Shown: piece after piece, positions 1-14,900 of the stretch
Layout: every line of letters begins with the position of its first letter
Numbering within the stretch: position 1 is the first letter of the stretch
Notes under the pieces: model-generated
Database searches by the model: none
Seen by the model: only the letters and a program-made list of their open reading frames with translations
What the model was told of the DNA's origin: nothing
NCBI GenBank assembly: GCA_964247055.1
Contig: OZ176050.1
Span: 5,332,001-5,396,000, forward strand
Source: Paragordius varius
Taxonomy: Eukaryota > Animalia > Nematomorpha
DNA: 64,000 nucleotides
Direction: 5' to 3'
Position numbers and translations under genes: made by a program

Positions 1-48
1 AAAAATACCAAATTTTATTGCCCTTCTATAATGAGCTAGTCCCTTTAA

Positions 49-500
49 CACGAATTGGATTATCTATTTACCTCAGACAATAATTAAGTTGATATTTTTA
101 AAAAAATATTGAAAGAAGCGGTTTCAATTTAAATTTATGTTTCTACCCTACTAAAAATTATAGAAATAAGTAATATTTAAATAGAATTTAGTTTTGGATA
201 ATAGTTCCGTATCAACTACTTTGAGCCATTTATATTGATTCTAATCCTAAAGTTAATGCTATTTTTTATTTAAATCACTAACACTGATATAAACAGAAAA
301 AGTAGTTTATTTTGTATTTTTATACTTATGCACACATGGGATGTTGGTATTATATTTCGGTTCATTAATGTTATATAAGTGGAAATTTTTGCCAAGGTTT
401 TAATCCTTATATTTTGAAATTTTAAATTTTAAACAAGCCTGGGGTATCTAACTACCTCAATTTGAATCGAAGAACTGAAATAAATGTGTTGAATCCAATG
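49..500. mobile_element. Decayed TTAA-flanked piggyBac-like MITE (family A)
   Basis: TTAA at 45-48 and 501-504. Ends resemble the family termini CAC..AATTGG..TATCTA..TACC.CAG and GGGGTATCTAACTACCTCAATTTGAATCGAAG..AATG seen in the copies at 42849 and 54780-57053. Confidence 0.6.
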
Positions 501-504
501 TTAA

Positions 505-1035
505 AAACGCAAAAATGCCGGAGTTTCGCGATAAAAATTTTAAATATGCTAAATTTTGATATCACCTAAAATTATTTTTTACAAAGTGCATAATTTAAAA
601 ATTTTATTTTTAGCAAAATTTTGTTGAAGTGTACTCCCTATATTTTGAGACATGGTAAAAACGGTAAAAAACGCTCTAAGATAATAAAAAGACTTATTCT
701 ACATATATTTCAATGATGCTGAATATTTCTATCACCTCAGAATTTTGATTAATTCGTTCGTTATGAAAATTATGTTAAATCAATATCGTGTTTTTTACAA
801 AAGTTACCAAATTTTAAGCGATTAAACTTTAAATTTTTGAAGCAATAGTGTTCAGCATCGTCGAATTATATAGAAAAAGTGTTTTTATAATATTAAGCGT
901 TTTTATCCGTATGACGCAAAATAGTATGAATTAGGCTTCAAAAAGTTTTTGTATTTTTTTGAAAAAATTTAGCTGATATCAAAATTATGCACACAATAAT
1001 TTTTATCGCGCAATTCAGGCGTTTTTGCGTATATT
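505..1035. mobile_element. MITE-like element with ~65-bp imperfect terminal inverted repeats (family B)
   Basis: ACGCAAAAATGCC..CGCGATAAAAATT..TTTTGATATCACCTAAA (left) mirrors TTTAGCTGATATCAAAA..AATTTTTATCGCG..GGCGTTTTTGCGT (right). The internal motif CAGCATC(G/A)TCGA recurs near 25545 and 29797. Confidence 0.55.
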
Positions 1036-1039
1036 TTAA

Positions 1040-1505
1040 AAGGACTAGCTCAATTTAGAAGAGCAAAAAATTGGGGCTGTCGGAGTCTGCATCCAAAAAT
1101 TAAATTTTTTGGAAATATTGTTTCGCTTTTTATCAGAATATATGTATTTCATTAGAGGGTTTTTTGTGGACATGCCTAGATATCGACATCATTAAATTAA
1201 GTGCATACAAAAAATATTTAATGGTATATATATTCTGGTAGAAGAATGAATCAATTGTAGTGCTGGTTTTAGCCTTATGGGTGATTTAAGATATAGACTT
1301 TGATTGTAAATGATCCATATCGAAATCTCTCAAAATTTTATTCGCATTATGCCAAATAAAATTTTTTTCATGAAGGCTAAATGCTACACTCCAAAAATTA
1401 TCATTTAAAATTATTTATTTAAAATTAAAACAATATTTTTTAAAATGTTAATTTTTAGTGTCGAGAGTCTAAATTTTTGGCCCCCTCTAATATGAGCTAG
1501 CCTTC
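1040..1505. mobile_element. TTAA-flanked MITE with purine-purine termini (Kolobok-like, family C)
   Basis: Left AAGGACTAGCTCAATTTAGAAGAGCAAAAAATT; right (rev-comp) GAAGGCTAGCTCATATTAGAGGGGGCCAAAAATT. TTAA at 1036-1039 and 1506-1509. Another right end lies at 20-44. Confidence 0.5.
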
Positions 1506-2970
1506 TTAAAATAAGCGCAAAAATACCGAATCACCATAAGAAACATCTGGCAAATAATGACATATAAAAAAATATTATTGAACAAAAATGCATACTTGGT
1601 TTAAAAATTTTATTTTTTAGAAAAATTTTTTCTAACAAATGCAGATGCTAAACATTTCTAAAGGTTGTTTTGCTTTTAAAAGGCATTTCATAAAAAAACA
1701 TAATTCGGGAAAGCTGTTTTGGTTCCAGTTCCAAAGATTATTTTGGATTATTAAGTATGGATTTTGTTCCGGATTTAGGTTCAGGATCCGATTAATTTTA
1801 GTTCATGCATCCGATCCGAATGTTTTTATCTTCGAAAACAATATTGGTTCTGTATGGTTGCGGCTTTTTTGTTTACGGATCAAAGGGTACTATTTCAGCT
1901 TATATAACAGTTATCCTATTTTTTGATTAAATTTGATATTACAGCCTCAAAAACATAAGCCTGTGAGCCCCTATATTAATGTTTTGTGATAAAATTTAAA
2001 ATAATATATTATCAGTTCAACCATATTAAGAGGTAAATTGTATTCAAATGAAAAAAATGATAAAGTATGCATGAACCATCAATCGCGGTTGGTGTCTTAA
2101 AGGTTCGGAATAGTTTTAAATTATTGTAGTTCCAAACGGTTCAAAAAACTTAAGGTTCCGTTCCGCAAAGGGGTTTAGGTTAAGTCGTCTAAAAATTTTG
2201 TTTTTAAAAATTAAATTTAATATATTAGCGTTGCGAAATTTTGTTACGTCCTATCAAATTATATTAGGCCAATAACTATACATGTTAAATATGCTAATAT
2301 TCGCAGTAAATATGTAAAACCAATGTTTTACAATGATGGGTTCAGGTGCAAACTTTTCAAATAAAAATAAATCTGTCAATTTTTTTGCTAATTATCAATT
2401 AAACTTAATTGCGTACCATATGGTTTCCACATTAATTAGAATTGCACATATAGAAAAAAACTAATAATGAAAAATCTTTTTTTCTTCAAGTTTTACCGCT
2501 ATAACGTGTAAAATAATGGTAAGTGATTCTGGTTATAATGCACATTTTTGAAATATTTTTTTTATTAATGCTGTTTATAGGAGAAAGAGGGGAGGGAAAT
2601 ATACGTTTGTTATAGAGATAGTAAAAGGTTGTTGTTTTTTCTTGTGTTTCAAGCTGAAATTTCTCATTGATTTTTTGATCAATAAAATATTATATTTACC
2701 ATACACTTTATATATATATGCTGCTATATGCTACAAATATGTTTGTACTATTTTTCACTATACTGTATAATGAACGTATCTTGATCGTTAAAGGAAAACG
2801 GAATAATGTTTATAATTTTTTTTTGAAAACATCACATTTACACCTTTACAATGTTTATGAGTTAATTTTTAATGAAAATAAATCAATAATATAATTTGTG
2901 GTTTATTTTATTTAACCGATATTGTTTGCAACATTCCAAAACTATATTCGGACGCATTCCTATTCAAACA

Positions 2971-5900
2971 ATGGGTAAAAAAATGCTTGATAATTTTACT
3001 ATGAATTTTACAATTATATATACCTAAGAATGTTGAAAAGGTGTTTACCGTTTTGAACACTACATTTTTGTACACATTGATCCTTTAAAATTATCCTTAA
3101 AATTTTTTAATTACTTTTGTCTGTAAATTTAACCATTCATTCTTTTGCTATCTCAAAAATTATAAAAAAAATTGTTTTTATATGTAAATCATTTTGCATC
3201 ATAATGTATGTTTTGTATTATATTCAATAAATTAAATCTTAACGGTATAATATTATATTTAATTCTAAATTTTTTTAACGAATTCACCGTTGCTTTAATC
3301 CTCATTTTCAAATTGAATAAACTCTGGTTTTTCTAACTGACTTGTTGATTATTGGAAGTAATTATTTGTGGGCTTTTGCATCGATCTATAAAATTCCAAT
3401 AATATACGATTAAATCAACATTTTCGGCCCATTTGTATATTTTGCTAATATGGTTAACTCTGAAAATAATTTAGTTTTGTGCCCGCTCCTTTATCCTTAA
3501 AATAAAATGTTAACCACAGAAATTTTAATCACTCTTTAAATATACCGTAAATTCATAAAGTTTACAGTTCTCTAGGCAAATAAATAATTGAGTACGCCGT
3601 TTATGAGTTGGAGAGATTTTTGCTGAGAAATATTATGAAATGTATAAGATAGGAACAAAATAACGGGTTAGAAGTTTATTGGGTGATTGGATTATTGTTG
3701 TTGTTGTGTATATTATTCAATATACATGTTAATAATCAAAAAATAGTATACTTAAATCTGTATAGGCTCCAGTTCATTCTGTTTATTAACATAAATATTA
3801 TAATTATATATGGATTTTTGTTTAGATGACAGATTAGCAAAATATAATACGGCGAATGTCGAAAAAGTTTTACACCTTTATGATCTAAGCTACATACCCC
3901 AGCCAAGTGTAAGACACATAAAAATCTTCATTTCCAGTAGTCATCATGAAGGTATAATAAACTTTTATAAACCCAGGGTTTCATAATACGTTAAGATAAT
4001 ATAAAATTAGGGGCTGGTAAAAAAATTAAAAATATTTTAACCTATGTACCTGATCGAAAAGCATATAAATTACCAAGTTTGATATTTGAAATGGGGAAAA
4101 ATAATCTAAAATTCACAAAAATATGAAAAATATGATATTAACGTAAAAATAAGATTAAAAGATTTATTATAAATTGTATGATTATTTTATTAAGACCGTT
4201 TTTTTCAAAATAAGACATTTGAATAATAGATAGTGAAGCAAATAAGTATGGCATTATAAAAAAACTAATTATAAGTTTAAAAAACCCCTATTAAAAAATG
4301 TTTATTTCAACGTATTATTAAAAATCTGATTTTTACATTTTCGATGCCTCACTTTTTAAATATAATATCTAATAAAATTATATTATATATTTTAATATTT
4401 ACTAATAATTTCCAAAATATAAAGAAAATTTTACAGTTATCCCTAACATTCTGAAAAAGTTCAAGCGTTTTCTCATCTAAAAATACCAATAATTTAATAT
4501 ATACATTTTCAAGCTAAATTTGATGCAGTCCGTAAAGTTCGTTATATTATATGGTCATATATTTAATAACAAAATGTTTTTTTAATAGAATTCGAATATG
4601 AAAGGAAATTGCTTAGATCCCTTGTTCTACCCGATCTCCAAAATTTTTGCTCCCAATTCGGACATGATGTAGAATTTATTGATATGAATGAGGGCTCTTA
4701 CCAAGACCCTTATTATGATTCTCATCTTTTTGAATATTCATTCCAATGCATTAATGATTGTTTTTTGCAGAGTCGAGGCGTTTTTTTCATAGTAATATTT
4801 ATAAAATATCCTATTAATTTACTAATTTTTTTATATAAAATTAAAATAAGATTTAAAAGTTGCATTTTATGCCCTTAGATATTATAAAACTTTTTTATTT
4901 TGACTAACATTTATTATTCACTAGTTTATTTTTTGCTAACTTTACCATGTTGGTTGGCGCGCCTCTTATGTAATCATATCCTCTTTATCGATTTTTTAAT
5001 ATTTCATTTTCAAGATACATTGGTTTTATGTGAAAAGGTCCATACTTTAATAAAAGCTTCACGAAACATGTCATGGAAAAAATCTTAAGCTTGTGTCAGT
5101 TTAAAAAACAACTTATTTTTTTAATAGAAACAATATATTGCAAAAAAAGATATGAGGATAAAACAGGGGTGGCCTCATGCGGCTTTCCGAGACTGTATGT
5201 GCGCCGAGAGAAAAATCTGGAAATCCATAATTTGCAAAAATTTGCTTAAAATTAGTAAAATTGAAACTAATAATTTTTCTGATTAGGTCTACTAAATTGG
5301 CAAAAACTAGTAAAAATGTTAAATTGTGTTTGATTTTTTCATTAATACGTTTTAAACCAAAAAAATATTTATGAATGCTCATATCTATTTCAATCGCGGC
5401 CCGCCAGCTTTTTTTAAGTCAAAAATGCGGCCCGCAATGCCATTTTTGTTAGGCACCCCTGAGGTAAAACACAATAAATTGAAGATTTCAATCAAATTTT
5501 TGCGTTGAAAATTACTATATTATATAGAGTTTAAAATGCTTATTGTCAATTATAATTCCTATAATTGTATTTGCAAAATTTGTCATGTTTAAATTTTTAG
5601 GGATTAATTGGAGAAAAAGAGGGCGTTATACCCATCCCTGCTGCAATATCAGTTCCAGATATGGAAGTTATCACTGAATATATTAGGAATGATGACAAAA
5701 GTATATACATCTAATAAGTGTAATTATACAATTTACTAAGTTAATTAAACAACATCTTTTACTTCAGAATTATCATACATAACTGAAAATTACAGCGAAA
5801 ACAATGAAACGTTCCCATATTACATGTTACACGAATTGACTAAAACAGCTCCACTGTATTACAAGTAGTATTAAAAATATTTCTCAACATTATTGCCCGC

Positions 5901-8900
5901 AATTAACATTTTATTGAACAATGAATGCTAAAAAATATTTAATAATACTTACTTTAGGAGAACGCTTTCTGACGAAGCCAAATCTGATAGAAAAATGTGG
6001 GAAAACACCCAAAATGAAATACGCCATATCTTACGCGATGTTACAACAAAGGCAAAAAAGGATGAAAAGTTATCGTATACCTTTTGCCACAAGAGTGGTA
6101 TAATTTTTAATTTAATTGACAATAATAACATTATTAATAATTTTGAATTTAATATAAATTTTGTTAATTATCTAAAATGTTAAGCCAATATGTTGCATGT
6201 GGAGAAAGCCATCAGCCTATCCCAAACATCCAGCAATTGCCAGGCCATACTTTTATTAAGAGGTAAAATATTTTTGAATATAATTAAAATATATAAACGG
6301 TAAAACATGAATTTGATCTTATTAAAAAATATATATAATAGAAAATTACAAATGTTCCGACCCAAATTTAAAACAGGCCATTCAAAATCATCCTTCTGCA
6401 TTTTTTATTAAACGACCGGCAAGAATCAATCCTGACAAAACTGTTTTTGAAGTATAATATATAAAATACTTAACATAAATTTTATTGTGGTCTAATTTGT
6501 TCAATAATTATTTATTTTTAAATGTAAAGAGCAAATTCGTACAAGATGTTATTCCGGCAATCAAGGAATTGATACAGGCATCTATTCAAACCAGCGCCCT
6601 TACAAATCTTAAAATACAAGACAAAGGATTAAAAGAAGTGTACAAAGAAAGTTTGGCACATTTGGATTTTTGGAATAATGTGGTTAAGGCAAAAGTTCCA
6701 ACCTTTGCTCAGAATAATGATTTATTGCATGCTGTTAAACAACTATGGGGTTTGGCAGATCATGCAACTCCATCGCAAAATAAGAATGTCACGGAAAACA
6801 GTGCTGAAAGTTCAAGACAAAGGTTGAATATGGAAAATCAAGGATGTCCCATCATCCTGACAGGGGGTGAAGGTGTGGGTAAAACATGTGCTTTAAGTCA
6901 GATATTAGAACTTGTGAATGAAGCCTACCCCAGGGACCAATCTCATGACCGAACAGTTTTGTTGCGTTTTGCAGGCCTTACACCAAAAACAGTGAACATG
7001 TCTCAATTGCTAAGAGGAATATGTTTGCATCTTTGGTATGCTATTAATATGTCGATTAAAGGGAAACGACAACAACCATTAGAAACGATATTTAAGGATT
7101 CGCAGCATTTCAATACCTTTAATATGTTTACCTTAATTGGTCGTTTCAACGATTTGTTAAAAACTTTGGGTGAAAGTGATAAAAATCGACATATATTCAT
7201 ACTGATAGATGATTTTCACAGAATATATCAACCAAGTTCTTGGTCTATGAACTCCGGCAATAAACAAAGTATAAATCCAGATGGTAATACTGGAAAAATG
7301 GGAACGCCTGGTAATACGCCAACATCCCCTCTTAAAATATTTCCCCAGGTTCTGCCCTCCAACATTCATATTGTCTTAACTATGAATCTTAATAAATACA
7401 TAAATGATCCAAACAGTCAGGACGGCCAAAAGCTGACTTCCCTTCTTCTTGATGATTTACGTCTCAATTTCGGGTCAAACACACAAATCCTACAAATTGA
7501 CACGGTCAACTCTCGTACACTTAACCCAATGTTCGTGCAAGATATATTTTCAAATGCCTTCAAGCAAGCCAAGATTGATCAGGAACCCAGATGGATGCAG
7601 CATTATTCAACGAAAACTCAACGTGAATCAGTGGTTAATTATCCCGCGGCACAAAAAATGGTTATAAATCAAGCTTTATTAGCAGGACGTATTCCCCTTT
7701 ATGCCACACTTTTGGCTCAAATAGCGAAAGATTGGTCCCTTCGGTACAAACCAGAAGGCATTAATACCTTGCCTCTTAACATTGTTTTGCTCATAAAAAC
7801 GATATTTGACAAAATTGATATACAAACTGAGGGTACAACGTTAACTTACATCTTAAGGTATTAATCCATGTTTTTTAATATTATCCATTGTATAAAAATT
7901 TGTATAATTATCCGTATATATTATTAGCTGCCTGATATGATGGTTTTTGAAATAAATTTTTTTTTATTAAAAATGCATTTAGTTTTTTTACGTTAAAAAG
8001 TCTAATAACTATGTTAATAATTTTTTTTTAATTACTTAATAAAACTCATTATTTGATTATATTTCAACAAAACGTATTAATTTAATGTTTGTAGTGTTAT
8101 AATCAGAAATTATATTCTTACACCTTTAATCAAATTTAAATTTGTAACAGGGGTTTTTAATATGATTAATGACTAAATTTATTTATTTCCAATGATTGTT
8201 AAAAAAATTTGTCGGAAAGGGATTGAATATGGGTTCATTGTTTTTATTAAAGGATCTTATAATCGCGGATTCTAAATTAAATTTATCTTTTCCATAAATT
8301 TAATTAAATTTTATTTTTTAAAATGTCATAGGTATATCTCATCATCCCATATCGGTATAACCGAAATCGAATTACTAGACATTCTTTCATGCACGAAACC
8401 TTTGATGGAGATGTATTTTCCTGGTGTGGTTACCTTTGATTCCAGATTTCCTTATTTTATGTGGGCCCTTATTAAAAAACGACTAGGTTTAGATTTATTT
8501 TATCATCATGGGTTCATTTAAGTATCAAACTCTTACACTAGGCTCATAAAGGTGTCAGAGATAAAATACCAAAACTCTATAATTTTATCATTACTGTCAC
8601 TGGACAGTCGATTGTTAAAATGATCATCCTTAATACAACTTAAATTATTTTTTTGAGCAAAAGATTCTTTACACTTTTCATACTATGACGGTTTTAATTC
8701 ATTTTGCATCTTATAAATAGAGCCACTTCTAGATCACAAGATCATTGATGGTAAGGTATTGATAAATTGGAATCATAAAGTCATTTGTAACATGGCCAAA
8801 ATGTATTCAATTCAGAAGCCTATAGAAATGGTATACTAGCTACAATTATTTCATTAAACTTTATGAATTAGGCATAAATATAAAAAATAATCATTATAAA

Positions 8901-11900
8901 ATTAATTATAAATATATTAATATTAAAAGATGTGATTTGTATTAAAATTGGATTTAAAATAGGATATATAATTTAATAGGTGTCCAACGTTTTACTATTA
9001 AAAATAAATCTTTTTATTCGAGATAACGGTTTCAAATTATAAAATTCGTTGTTAGATACATATCATAATGGGACACAACTAGACAGCAATTCTAACAAAT
9101 GTTTAATATCCAATTTGGTAATTATCAAGTTGATGGTTATAATCAAATAATTAAATTATAAAAATCAAATTTAGAAGAAAGGTTTATCACAAAATATGTA
9201 CTATTAAGGTTGAAATTTATGATTAACCTTTATAGCAAGCAGATTGTTTTTTCACATTGGAAAATATTTGTCAAATTATTGTGAATATTAATAACAGACA
9301 CAAACGCACTGTGATATGGCAAATCTATTCCTTGAAACAATTTATTTATCCAAGGAAGCTAATACTTCAACCCTACTTCCCTCAACGACTATCCCATTGA
9401 ATTTTAGGGAGATAACAATGCAACCGCTGTTATTTAATGAATATCAGTATAACACGCGGAGGATATATGAATTATGGTATCATCTATTGTATACAGGTAG
9501 GAATTCTTTAAAATATGACTCTATTTTTATAAATAAATCGACAAAAATAAATGTTTGATAATTATAAAAATTTATCTGTTCAGGGGATTTGAAATTATTA
9601 AAATTTCATGCTTTGTGCAACTTTGATTATTTGATGGCTACATTGCATGGAGTATCTCTGGGTTACCTACTCTACATATTTGATAAAACGCTTAAACGTT
9701 TCTTGGATTACGAAATTCAAACATTGTGTGCGACACTTGTTAAATCTGTGGATATCTTAAATAAAGATCATTTACAACTTGCTTGTGAAATTATTGGGAG
9801 ACTAAGAAATGTTGACGGTAATATCATCAAGCATAATATTTCATCTCTTAATATAAACCATCTTTTAATTTAAATATAGCTGCTCAATTTCCTTTTTCAC
9901 AGCTTTTTTCAAATTTTTTTATATTAACCATTTTAATACTAAAATGTGAATTATTAGAATCATGCATTCAACAAATAGGGTAGTTGACAGCTCGCCTATA
10001 TCAAATATTGCAATAAATATGTTTACAATACAAACTTGGATATCACGTTTTAGATTACAAACACAATTTACGGTTAATTATCTTTTTTAAGGTTAAAATC
10101 TGGTCTGCTATAAGGTACATAAGAAATTATTTTATAAATACAAAAGTCATTTTTTGTGGATATTTTTATTGAATCTAGATAAAAAGTATTGCGATCCTAA
10201 ATTTATGTTTATTACGCTCTTAATACCGGAGGTAGTCAATATTTCCAATTGTATTTGCTCGTATTTTTATGCCTTTAATTAGCCAGACATGGATTGTATA
10301 TGTTAAATGTGTGCATTAGAAAACGCATATCCCTACCTCGATAATTTGGTTATACAAGCTATGGAATGGTGTGATTCCTATACACAACCTTTGTTGGTCC
10401 CACTCTCTTCATGGTTGGAAATTTCCAATCCCGATCTTTACGATATTTTTTCCCTGAATGACAACACAGCAAACTTAGCAATCCTAGCTCCAAGCAGTCA
10501 ACACATTTTGGTTTCATCGTTGAAGTCGAATAATATCGATATGTATCATTTGGCATCCCATGAATTTATTAGATCTTTTAAAGGTATGCTGCATATGTAC
10601 ATACCGGGTTTGAGAATAATAAATTTATTTTATACTTTGGCGAATCGTTAAACATTTTAATGTTTTTTTGATTTTATCAATGGATTTATTCTATTTTTAT
10701 TTTCAAATGTTTGGTCTAAAATAGGCATACAAGGGTCTGTAATTGCATTAGTCATCTCCTATAATAGCTCTTTTGTGGCATGTGCGACAACCGAAAACAA
10801 CATTAGTTTTTGGCTTATTGACAAAGAGGATGTTCATGGTACCATAAGGTACAAAGCTTTTAACATCTTAATTGGTTTCTCGATTATATTAATGTACATA
10901 GGAAAAAGCAAATATGGAGGGTATACAATTATTTTAAAAGAGTTAAAATATGACCTACCCACCGATGTCTGAATTTTATTATCTTTGCACATTTGATCAA
11001 GAATACAATAAATAACTATACAGATTCTTATATTGGTTTTACACACAACTTTGAATATTTTTTATTTAATGAGCCTTAAATGGCGAAGATAAACTTTAGG
11101 TTTAACACCAGATTTTTAGATAGTACTATAATTATTTATGAACTGGTTTTTCAATCGATAATATATAATCGAGAGAAGACAAAGCGATCGATTTTGTTTA
11201 ATATAAAACCGACATTGATTTATTTTATAACAGATTATGCAAATAAACTTGTTTGAGTTCAACAGCATAGTCTGCAAAAAATAATTTTATAAATTTTGAA
11301 GAAACTAAATTTTTGACAGATTAAAGCGTTCAGAATTCATAATCGGCACTCTAAATATGTTACAAAAATATCTCTATAATTACACTATATATCGCAACAT
11401 TCTGATTGTTTGTGTTTTTAGGCCAAATGAAAATCAAATAACCACGTTACTACTCTCATATGATGATCGTCTCATTTACTCAGGATATAAAGATGGACGC
11501 TTAGCATGGTCGTCTACAGTGAATTATCAAACGATAAAACTACTTTTAGCTCATAAAGGGCCCGTTACAGGCTTAGTTCTTAATAGCTTTGGGGAAGTTC
11601 TAGCATCAAGTCAGATAATAAAAATAATAAATTAAATTACTATTAGATCCCATATATATAATATATCAGAAATTGCAAAAATACGTCCATGTCATACCAA
11701 ATTAAACAGAGCCAAATTAGTTAGCAAAAATGTGCCAATATTTTTGACTAACCTTTTGTAAATCATAGCGCATCCATTAATGCCCCTCGTAATTTTATGG
11801 ATAAAGAGAATTTTTTGTGAATAAAATATCGTTATTTTATATACCCTCAAACCAATAATTTTTGTAAAGATTTCAAAGCCATTTTATATTTTATTTGACT

Positions 11901-14900
11901 TCTAATATTTTTGATATAACCATGATCTTTCACCCATCACTTTGATTTCAACAAAAGAGCAAGGATCTTTAGTTGCTTTAAATCGTGTTTTGAGCAGAGG
12001 GATCTCTATTTTTCACGGAGTTGGGCGTGCATACGTCATATATTTTACACCTAACACGAATTTAATTGTTTTTAGTTCCGGTTTACATAATATTGCGCGG
12101 TTCCGAACCGAATGGTTCCGGTTCTGGATTCATTGTTTTTGGGTTAAATAGCTCTGATTTTACTGTTTAACTAAATTTACAGATACCCTATTTAATAGGT
12201 GCGAATACCTGCTAAACATTATCTAAGCCAAAACATGCATGTTATTCCAAATTAAAAAAAAAATTTTTACATGATTCAAAATCAAAAAAAATTGAATAAT
12301 GCAAATATGTATTGCAATAAAGATGCTAAAATTTAATTTATGAATCATGACAGTTTTAAAAACGGCAACCGTTTAAAAAACGCTTTTGGTCTCTAACTAT
12401 AAATTATAGTTCCGTCACAGTATTCTAATTAAATATTTAGAAATTATATTAAAATTATTGCTAGACAATGAAAACCCGATATTTTATAATATTTTGTGTA
12501 AATGCCGAATTCGTAACTTAAAAAACTATTTATTCGCTTAAAAATAAATAAATGTAAAATCGATTTTAAAATAAATGCTTATATGATATATAATTATTCT
12601 TTAACAGGTTCTGAGGACAAAACTATAAAGTTATGGCTAGTTGAGAATGGTACGTTGCTTAATTCGATCGAGGATACCGGATTCCCCATACGTATGATCA
12701 AACTTTCCCATGATGATATATTTTTGGCAGTTTTATGTCAAGAATATCATATTCAAATGCGGGCATTAACGACCGGTACCTACCTCTACCGATTAGATCA
12801 CAATAAGCATGTATATAATCATTTGATATTCCCAATATTAAATTCTTAAACACAGCATTAACATATTTTTTAGCCAGTAGCTATTTAATATAATATGTAA
12901 ATTAACAAGCCCCTGACTTTTTTTGATTTTCAGAATATTTTAAAAATGTATTTTATAAATGTTATCTCAAACATTTTGTCGCCAAATAATTTTGCATAAT
13001 CGCTTAAAAAATTTCAAAAAAAACAATATGATGTAATTATTTTTAAGCTAAAAAAACGGTAATAAATTAATTTTTTATTATATATAAATATATGGTAAAA
13101 TAATATTTTATCAGACATATCATTATTGTTTTTTGATAAACACCTAATTTTCCTGGTTAAATATCCCCAACATACGCTAAAATGTGATAAGTAAAAAGAA
13201 TTAATTGTAAATTGGAATAAAAAATTTAGTAAACACATGAATTGATCAACATGGTGCACCTACGCAAGCAGAGGTTTAGCATATTTATTTATTGTGAGCT
13301 TACAATAAAAAATTTAAAGGAGTAACCTTTTTATCTGCGATTGCTGAAATATTTTCTGCATATCGGGGATAAATAAACTACAATTAATTCCTAGTGATAT
13401 TTGATAAATGAATTCTCCAAACTTTTCGCACCTCTTAAATTTTTGAACGCCCCCCTATGGCGGCATTGCTCCCCTTTTGGGAACCACTGATTTAAAGCAT
13501 TTAAGCTGATAAAGGCATTTAACAGAGTCAAACCCAAGTGAAGCCTAATTAAACTGCTTTATTGACACTGTTTTATTCAACTGACTTTTATATAGATCGT
13601 AGATATGTGCTTCACAGTGGATACAAGATTTTTGGTACTAGCGTGCAAAGATTACAAAATCTATTTGTATAATGTTACATCCCAAACACTGAACCATTCC
13701 TTAAACGGACATTTTTCATTGATTAAGAATGTTATGGTAAATAAATTTTTTATAAATTTGATTTTTATTTAAAGATATAAAATTTTGTTAAAGTTAAAAT
13801 AATATGTTTTGATACAAAAACAGGTAACTATGAATAACGATTATATTGTTTCAACTTCCCAGGATAGTGTTTACATTTGGAATATTAGAAAAACTATGAA
13901 ACAAGAAAATGTTTTAACACATAAGGGTATTATAACATGCGTTAAATTAACAAAAGATGGATCCTTGGGAATCACAGGTTTAATTTTTAATAATTATTAC
14001 CATTTGATCATCTTTTTTGATTCTAGATATTTTACGGCTTAGTATTGATTTACTTTTATTTATGGCAAACATTCATTATAATACTGTAGTCTAAGTAACA
14101 TATTAAAATTGGGTTACCAAATATATTTAAAAAAATTAAAGATATATTATAATAATAGAACTTTAAATTATTTTTCAAATATTCATCAACGTTATATTAA
14201 AAAGAAATTAACTTGTATTTTCGATAGTTTTTTTAACTGATGTCAAATAATTTTTTGGTTATTATGCTCTTGTGGTAGATTTTGAATAAAAAATTTGGCA
14301 AATAAAAGAGAATACTAGATATTATTGATTTCCGTTTTCTATTTTTAAATTTTTTTTATAACATATATTTACAATATAGCATTTCAGTCTTTTAAACTAT
14401 TAAAATTCTATGGAAAAATATTGAGTCGCCTATTTGTATTTTTACTGACAAACTTTATTTTCAAATACTTTCATTGAATGAGAGAGCACTTCTACCAAGT
14501 GTAATCCTAAGTCTTTATCGGTTTATTGGCATAAAAGCACGTTGTAAGGGAAATCCTTGTTTTATTTAAATATTTTTCATCGGCTTCAACATATTTCGCC
14601 CATCTCTCAAATAAATATTTGATGCCATGCCAGAAAAACGCTAGGTTTCAAATGTTGATAATTCACAATACCTTTCTGGTCCCATCATACACAGAGCATA
14701 GTCTTGCCGTATCGATTTAGCCTTGGTGTTAATGGGGCGGCTGGCAAGGTGAAGCCAGTCCCTTTTTATATCATATTTTAGCCACTTATCACAGGTCACA
14801 ATTTGATCCAAGATCATTTCCTTTACATGGCGCTGAAATTATCATCACAGTTCTTTGCAATTTGAAGTTCATTCAAATAGTGTGGGATTGATTTCGCGTT

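Noticed and set aside
1639-2180. 95-aa ORF and GGTTCC/CCGATCCG-rich tracts (similar tracts at ~12090, ~39950, ~59080)
   Set aside because: Look like TE subterminal repeats; termini could not be defined and the ORF has no homology signal
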